Shown here piece after piece: positions 59,420 through 64,000 of a stretch of 64,000 nucleotides of DNA. The position numbers and the translations under genes were made by a program. Location: assembly GCA_027334165.1 (NCBI GenBank), contig DAHWXM010000014.1, positions 9,437 through 73,436 of the forward strand, written 5' to 3'. The notes under the pieces are model-generated. The model was not told where the DNA came from. It searched no databases and saw nothing but the letters and a program-made list of their open reading frames with translations. This DNA comes from Candidatus Micrarchaeota archaeon (lineage in GTDB: Archaea; Micrarchaeota; Micrarchaeia; Micrarchaeales; CABMGC01). Within the stretch, counting starts at the first letter, position 1, and every line of letters begins with the position of its first letter.

Positions 59420-59929
59420 TCAGGCAGACGGCTTCGAAGATGGTGCCTGCTTCTCCTTCGCAGGCTCCTTGGCCTCAGGTGCCTTGGGCTGCTTTTGGAC
59501 AGGCTTTGCCGGCTTCGCCTTGGATTCGGATTGTGCCTCCGCCTTGGCCTCCTGCTTCAGCTCCTTTGTCGCCGGGGCGGCCTTTTCCTCCTTCACGGCT
59601 GCGGGCTGTGAGGACGCCTTTGGCACGGTGACCTTGAGCGCCTTCTCATCCACAGCCTTCTTCTCCTGGGCCTTTGACTCTCCCGGAAGGGATGCCTTTA
59701 CAAAGCCTTCGGACTTGCTTAGCGCGAGCGTGATGGGCTTGTACCTGTTTGTAGTGTTCGCGAGAAGGTACTCGTTGAGCTTCGTGCTGAGCGAGACTGC
59801 TGACGGGTCGGTCTTGGTGTGCCTCCCTATCATCTCCCTCAGGTATATTACCGTCTTGTTGCGCCTCCTGCTCTCGTGTATCTTCACCAGCTTGTTCCTG
59901 AGCCTTATCGTTATTTGTGAATCTGCCAT
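59420..59929 (-). CDS. rpl31e: Ribosomal protein L31e with a Lys/Ala/Pro/Glu-rich C-terminal extension
   Basis: The N-terminal 85 aa (ITIRLRNKLVKIHESRRRNKTVIYLREMIGRH ... YKPITLAL) align with archaeal L31e. A low-complexity tail of about 85 aa follows. Confidence 0.85.
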   Translation of the reverse strand: MADSQITIRLRNKLVKIHESRRRNKTVIYLREMIGRHTKTDPSAVSLSTKLNEYLLANTTNRYKPITLALSKSEGFVKASLPGESKAQEKKAVDEKALKVTVPKASSQPAAVKEEKAAPATKELKQEAKAEAQSESKAKPAKPVQKQPKAPEAKEPAKEKQAPSSKPSA

Positions 59930-59933
59930 TAGA

Positions 59934-60092
59934 TCAACCCTTTATCCTGAGCTTCCTCCTTCTCCAGTCGCGCTGCAGCTTATTGTACTGCACCCTGCGG
60001 TGGGTGCGGATCACTGCCAGGGCCGGGACGCGCTTGTTTCTCTTGAGCATCTTGCCAAGGCTTTTCTTCTTGTTCACGCTTTTCTTTCCCAT
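59934..60092 (-). CDS. rpl39e: Ribosomal protein L39e
   Basis: Not in the ORF track (52 aa). Hand translation: MGKKSVNKKKSLGKMLKRNKRVPALAVIRTHRRVQYNKLQRDWRRRKLRIKG. Confidence 0.85.
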   Translation of the reverse strand: MGKKSVNKKKSLGKMLKRNKRVPALAVIRTHRRVQYNKLQRDWRRRKLRIKG

Positions 60093-60105
60093 AAGATCAT
60101 CATCG

Positions 60106-60426
60106 TCATTTGTGCTTGAATTCGATTGTCGGCTCCGGTTTGTACGTCAGTTTAGCGAGGATGCTCTTCAGCTGCTCCTCCGTGATGCGCGACGTTGCCT
60201 TCCCGCTCTGTGCGAGCGAGAGGATGAAGTTTACCAGCTGCGAATAGAGCTCGTAGTTTGCGACGCGCACGTTCATGAGGCGTTCGTAGGCGCCGGGAGT
60301 CATGTATTTCCTGGCGAGCTCCTTCTTCTGCTGCTCCATCTGCAGTTCCCGCATCCTCTTTGCGTATAGGTTCCTTGCCTGTCTATCCTCCTGGTTCTCC
60401 TCAGCTTCGGAGGCCAATTTAAGCAC
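60106..60426 (-). CDS. PDCD5/TFAR19-like DNA-binding protein
   Basis: KYMTPGAYERLMNVRVANYELYSQLVNFILSLAQSGK ... ITEEQLKSIL. Confidence 0.8.
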   Translation of the reverse strand: MLKLASEAEENQEDRQARNLYAKRMRELQMEQQKKELARKYMTPGAYERLMNVRVANYELYSQLVNFILSLAQSGKATSRITEEQLKSILAKLTYKPEPTIEFKHK

Positions 60427-60844
60427 CCTTTATTATCTCGTTTGAAACTTTGTCTGCGAAGGACTTGCCCTGCGGCGTTATTATCCTGCCCTTGCTGGTC
60501 TTCTTCACGTACCCGAGCTTCTCCAGCGCGTCGAAAGCGTCCTTGATTATGCTGCCCCCGGCCTTCATGTGGTGATGCCTGTGCACCACGTGCCTCTTCC
60601 TGTTGCCGTATCTGGTCCTGAGTGCGGAAACGCCGAGCGGCCCGTTGAGGTACACCTGCCTCAGAATGGATGCACAGCGCACGTACCAGAAGTCAGGGCT
60701 CGCAGGTATGCGCTCCTTGCCCGCGCCGCTCTTCACGTAGTCCATGTATGAGGGCTTAGGGACATTGCTGCCCTTGAGCTTCTCTGAAGCACGCTGGATG
60801 AACTCGCTCGCGTCAACATCTAGAACATTGGCCATTGTAATCAA
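60419..60844 (-). CDS. rps19e: Ribosomal protein S19e
   Basis: PDFWYVRCASILRQVYLNGPLGVSALRTRYG and GGSIIKDAFDALEKLGYV. Confidence 0.9.
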   Translation of the reverse strand: MITMANVLDVDASEFIQRASEKLKGSNVPKPSYMDYVKSGAGKERIPASPDFWYVRCASILRQVYLNGPLGVSALRTRYGNRKRHVVHRHHHMKAGGSIIKDAFDALEKLGYVKKTSKGRIITPQGKSFADKVSNEIIKGA

Positions 60845-60976
60845 CCCTGCAGAAAATGCATGTTGCAGTGCCCATAATAGGCATCGCAGGTATTATATAG
60901 TGAAAGCATTAGGTATATATTAATTGCTGAAGATATGTTACACGTATCCTGTTTTTGAAAGGCTTATGGTGAAAGG

Positions 60977-61252
60977 ATGAAACTCACACTGATAAAGGAC
61001 GAACAGAAGGACCTTGAGATAGAATTCGAAGGAGTCGACAGGGGGATACCCGACCTGATAAGGGGAAAGCTTCTGGAGAGCAAGGACATTGAGTTCGCGG
61101 GAGTTGTGAAGGAGCACTTCGAGGTCAGCAAGCCGCGGCTCGTGGTAAAGTCCACCAAGAACGCAAAGACTTTGGTCCTCAAGGCACTGGAGGAATTGCA
61201 GGACGAGCTCAAGGAGCTCTCCGCGCAGGTCCCGAAGAAGCCTGCTGCATGA
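60977..61252 (+). CDS. rpoL: DNA-directed RNA polymerase subunit L (Rpo11)
   Basis: KDLEIEFEGVDRGIPDLIRGKLLESKDIEFAGVVKEHFEVSKPRLVVKS. Confidence 0.85.
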   Translation: MKLTLIKDEQKDLEIEFEGVDRGIPDLIRGKLLESKDIEFAGVVKEHFEVSKPRLVVKSTKNAKTLVLKALEELQDELKELSAQVPKKPAA

Positions 61253-61803
61253 TGAAAAAGGGCGTGCGCATCCTCGCGCTCGAGGACTCGCCGTTCAGCA
61301 AGAAGGGCGGGAAGGCGCTCATAATCGGCCTGGTGGGCCGCGACAACATCGTCGAGGGAATGCTGTCCTTCGGCGTTGACGTAGACGGCTCTGATTCTAC
61401 GGAGATGATACTGAGATCGCTCAGAAGGAGCAGGTTCCTGAAGCAGGTCAGGGTGATCGCACTCAACGGGATAACGCTCGCGGGATTGAACATCATAGAC
61501 GTGCGCAGGCTCTCCGACGAGCTCGGAGTGGAGATAGTCGCGATCACGAGGAAAAAGCCGCACGCCAGGCTGCTCTCCGTAGCCATCGGGAAGAGGGGGC
61601 TTGACGTGAAGGGGAAGAGGGCTATGCTCAAGTCGCTGTGGAGCGGGATAGAGCTGAAGCGCACGCAGGGCTACTACGTGCAGTACCTCGCCGGCGTGGA
61701 GGAACCCTCTGACGAGCTCGTGCGCATTAGCGCCGGGATGCTGAGGCTGGCACACATAATAGCCAGCGGGATAGGCCGAGGAGAATCCAGCGGCAGGGTG
61801 TAA
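61249..61803 (+). CDS. UPF0215/DUF99-family protein
   Basis: RILALEDSPF ... IIGLVGRDNIVEGMLSFGVDVDGSD ... IALNGITLAGLNIID. The start overlaps the rpoL stop (ATGA). Confidence 0.75.
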   Translation: MMKKGVRILALEDSPFSKKGGKALIIGLVGRDNIVEGMLSFGVDVDGSDSTEMILRSLRRSRFLKQVRVIALNGITLAGLNIIDVRRLSDELGVEIVAITRKKPHARLLSVAIGKRGLDVKGKRAMLKSLWSGIELKRTQGYYVQYLAGVEEPSDELVRISAGMLRLAHIIASGIGRGESSGRV

Positions 61804-61807
61804 ACTA

Positions 61808-62003
61808 CCCACGACTGAAGGTCGTGGGCTTTCCATGAGTTGAAGAAACATGCCGCACAGCAACAATCGGTTCAACAACCGCATCTGGACGGATAAGCCC
61901 GTTTACGGGGACTTGCCTGTTGGAAATCTGGAAGGGTTGGATCTTCCATAAATTCAAATGTCAAGTTCCTAAATTCATCCCACCTCTAAAGAGCGTGGGC
62001 TTC
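61808..62003. repeat. Second hairpin-bounded segment of the CCCAC..GTGGGCTT family
   Basis: Hairpins CCCACGAC-TGAAG-GTCGTGGG (61808-61828) and CCCAC-CTCTAAAGAGC-GTGGG (61979-61999). They share ATTCATCCCAC and CGTGGGCTT with 30544-30573. Confidence 0.4.
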
Positions 62004-62119
62004 CTTCCGAGATCCAGGTGAGCAGGGTGCTCGAACGATTCAAATTTTTATACCATTTATTTTTATATGTTTCACTAAAAAGAGGAATATATAAAAAGGA
62101 CAGTAAATAATAATGAAAT

Positions 62120-62731
62120 ATGAAGAAAGTGGAGCTTGTGTACAGGGCGGTAATGGAAGGGTACATAAGGAGGCACAACGAGTTCACGCAGAAAGGATTG
62201 GCGCGGGATCTTGGGATCTCGCTCGGGGGGGTCAACAAGGCGGTTTCGCAGCTGGCTGCGATAAATGCAGTGCGGGTGGATCGAAGGTCATTCTCGGTAA
62301 TTGCTATAGACCGGCTCGTCATGTATTGGGCCACCCATAGAAACCTGGAAAAGGACGTAGTTCTCAGGCTCGCGACCGGGATAGACGTGGGAGAGATCGA
62401 GGGTAGCCTGCCGGAAGGCATCGCGTTCACTGCATATTCGGCGTACAAACGGCTGTACGCAAACACACCGGCTGATTATGGTGAGGTGTACGTGTACGCG
62501 ACTCCGCGCGCTGTGGATCTTATCGCACACAGATTCCGCAGCGAGGCAGGATTTCCGAACCTTTTCGTGCTCAGGGCCGATGCCATGTTGGAATTGGAGA
62601 TCGCGGAGCACAGGCTGGCAAAAGGATGCGCACCGGTATCGCAGGTCCTTGTCGATCTTTGGAACATACGGAGCTGGTACGCAAAGGAGTTTTATGATGC
62701 GCTATACAAAATGATAGTGGGGGAGGGATAG
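62120..62731 (+). CDS. wHTH protein partnered with the compact NTase (AbiEi-like)
   Basis: wHTH QKGLARDLGISLGGVNKAVSQLAAINAV, YGEVYVYA and VLVDLWNIRSW. Paralogue of 57860..58507. Confidence 0.6.
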   Translation: MKKVELVYRAVMEGYIRRHNEFTQKGLARDLGISLGGVNKAVSQLAAINAVRVDRRSFSVIAIDRLVMYWATHRNLEKDVVLRLATGIDVGEIEGSLPEGIAFTAYSAYKRLYANTPADYGEVYVYATPRAVDLIAHRFRSEAGFPNLFVLRADAMLELEIAEHRLAKGCAPVSQVLVDLWNIRSWYAKEFYDALYKMIVGEG

Positions 62732-63358
62732 ATGGAATTTTGGAACGATGAGGTGACTGACAGGAGCTGGAAGGAGCTTACGGAGCTGAGCAAGAGAATC
62801 AAGTTCATCCTTATTGGGGGATGGGCGGTGTATCTTTACACCAAGCTGCAGAAGTCGAAAGACATAGACGTCATAGTCGATTACGATACGCTAAGAGTAT
62901 TGGGTAGCGGGCAGAGACTCAACAAGAATGACCGTCTCAGGAAGTACGAGGTTAAGCGGGACGGATTCGATATCGATATTTATCTGCCGGGCTATTCTGA
63001 ACTAGTGGTGCCGGTAGGCGATATAACTGGAAACATGCTGTCGAAGAGGGAGGGCATTTCGCTGCCCAGGCAGGAGGTGCTGTTAATGCTAAAACTGGGA
63101 GCCTATGCCGATAGGATGAACAGCATAAAGGGAGGAAAGGATGCTATAGATATATTGGGGTTGCTTTTCTATTCGGGCATTGACTTCGGACTGCTCGGGA
63201 GGCTGCTTGCAAAGTACAAAAAGGAGCAATACGTGAGATTGATGATCAGGGTGCTCGGCACTTTTGACAAGAAGATGCTCGTATTCCTAAACATGAATGA
63301 AAAGAGTTTCGCGATTGCAAAGAAAAAGGTGCGCACGGAGCTGGATAGGCTGCTTTAG
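62732..63358 (+). CDS. Compact nucleotidyltransferase-fold protein (AbiEii-like)
   Basis: FILIGGWAVYLYTKLQKSKDIDVIV NTase motif. The ATG directly abuts the upstream stop codon. Confidence 0.6.
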   Translation: MEFWNDEVTDRSWKELTELSKRIKFILIGGWAVYLYTKLQKSKDIDVIVDYDTLRVLGSGQRLNKNDRLRKYEVKRDGFDIDIYLPGYSELVVPVGDITGNMLSKREGISLPRQEVLLMLKLGAYADRMNSIKGGKDAIDILGLLFYSGIDFGLLGRLLAKYKKEQYVRLMIRVLGTFDKKMLVFLNMNEKSFAIAKKKVRTELDRLL

Positions 63359-63369
63359 CCGCAACGGCG

Positions 63370-64000
63370 TCAGCCGAACGTTATCGCTATCGCGGTGGCG
63401 TCATCGTGGGGCTTGAAGCGCGGATACTTCCTCAGGTCGGGGTCGCTGTCCTCCATGCCGCGCACGTAGTCGAGCCAGCCCTGCAGCCCGCCGCGGCTGT
63501 ACTCGCGCACTATCGCGCCGAAGTCGTCCGGGGCAGACGGATCCTGCTTTGGAGGGATCATGCCGTCGGAGAATATGAGTATCGCCTTTACGCCGTCGAG
63601 GCTCTCCGTGCCCTCGTACACGAACCTCACCTCCGGCTCTCCTGCGATGAACCCGTAGGTAACGTTGAGCTGCCTCCTTACCTCTCGCGCCGTCTCCTCG
63701 ACACCCTGCCTCGCGTTGGGGTCGCCGTCGTCAATGCGCCGCTTCAGCAGCGATAGGGACTCGAGATCGTGCTCGTAGTCCTCGACGAGGAGCCTGTGCG
63801 TGCCGTCCTTGTTTATAACCAGTATGAGCGAATCTGACACGTTAAGCCAGTCGAACCTGTCCGCGTGCAGGCGCACCACGGATGCCGATGTAACCCACAG
63901 GTTCAGCTTGTCCCTCGTGTCGATGCCTGCACGGCGCATCGACTCGTGTATGGCATCGTTGGCGTCCGCAAGCATGCTTGTGAAGTCGGGCTTTGCGCTC
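63370..64000 (-). CDS. PP2C/SpoIIE-like phosphatase domain protein (5' end outside window)
   Basis: The frame is open to the window edge. The C-terminal ILIFSDGM ... HDDATAIAITFG resembles the last PP2C motifs. Confidence 0.4.
   Translation of the reverse strand, partial: SAKPDFTSMLADANDAIHESMRRAGIDTRDKLNLWVTSASVVRLHADRFDWLNVSDSLILVINKDGTHRLLVEDYEHDLESLSLLKRRIDDGDPNARQGVEETAREVRRQLNVTYGFIAGEPEVRFVYEGTESLDGVKAILIFSDGMIPPKQDPSAPDDFGAIVREYSRGGLQGWLDYVRGMEDSDPDLRKYPRFKPHDDATAIAITFG

Overview
Archaeal chromosomal window. Evidence: archaea-specific L31e, L39e, S19e, aIF6, prefoldin alpha and Rpo11; an intron-containing tRNA-Phe; a stand-alone 23S rRNA with a bulge-helix-bulge-type processing stem. 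Unlinked rRNA genes fit Thermoplasmata- or DPANN-like lineages, but the taxon cannot be fixed from this window. The core looks like roughly 45-63% GC (hand counts of single 60-nt lines) and is mostly housekeeping: speH-speE, a second SpeE-like/SSAT-like pair, a parvulin-VKOR-DsbA-like trio, a MacB-type ABC operon with a membrane wHTH regulator, a type-IV-pilus-type ATPase and an A24 prepilin peptidase, and FtsY. Accessory content: (1) an AT-rich glycosylation island of about 9 kb (34.6-43.4 kb) with an FkbM methyltransferase, six glycosyltransferases and a large polytopic membrane protein that is compositionally chimeric. (2) A mobilome/defence-like hotspot (44.5-58.5 and 62-63.4 kb), which together with the split AbiE locus at 29.9-31.7 kb brings the window to four AbiE-type HTH + nucleotidyltransferase modules (two canonical, two compact). 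The hotspot also holds three COG1373-type AAA+ ATPases and two paralogous transglutaminase-like/TPR genes, which bracket a block containing an HExxH protein and a bactofilin-like protein. Some of this cargo sits inside the normally contiguous ftsY-pfdA-aIF6-L31e-L39e-S19e array. (3) One AbiEi antitoxin gene is split by an insert of about 0.37 kb bounded by same-strand hairpins, and a second hairpin pair of the same family lies at 61.8-62.0 kb. (4) A 943-aa orphan protein has an intact metallophosphoesterase domain preceded by what looks like a degenerate second copy interrupted by a coiled coil. No CRISPR array and no integrase or transposase ORF was recognised. All family calls come from motifs read by eye; no searches were run.
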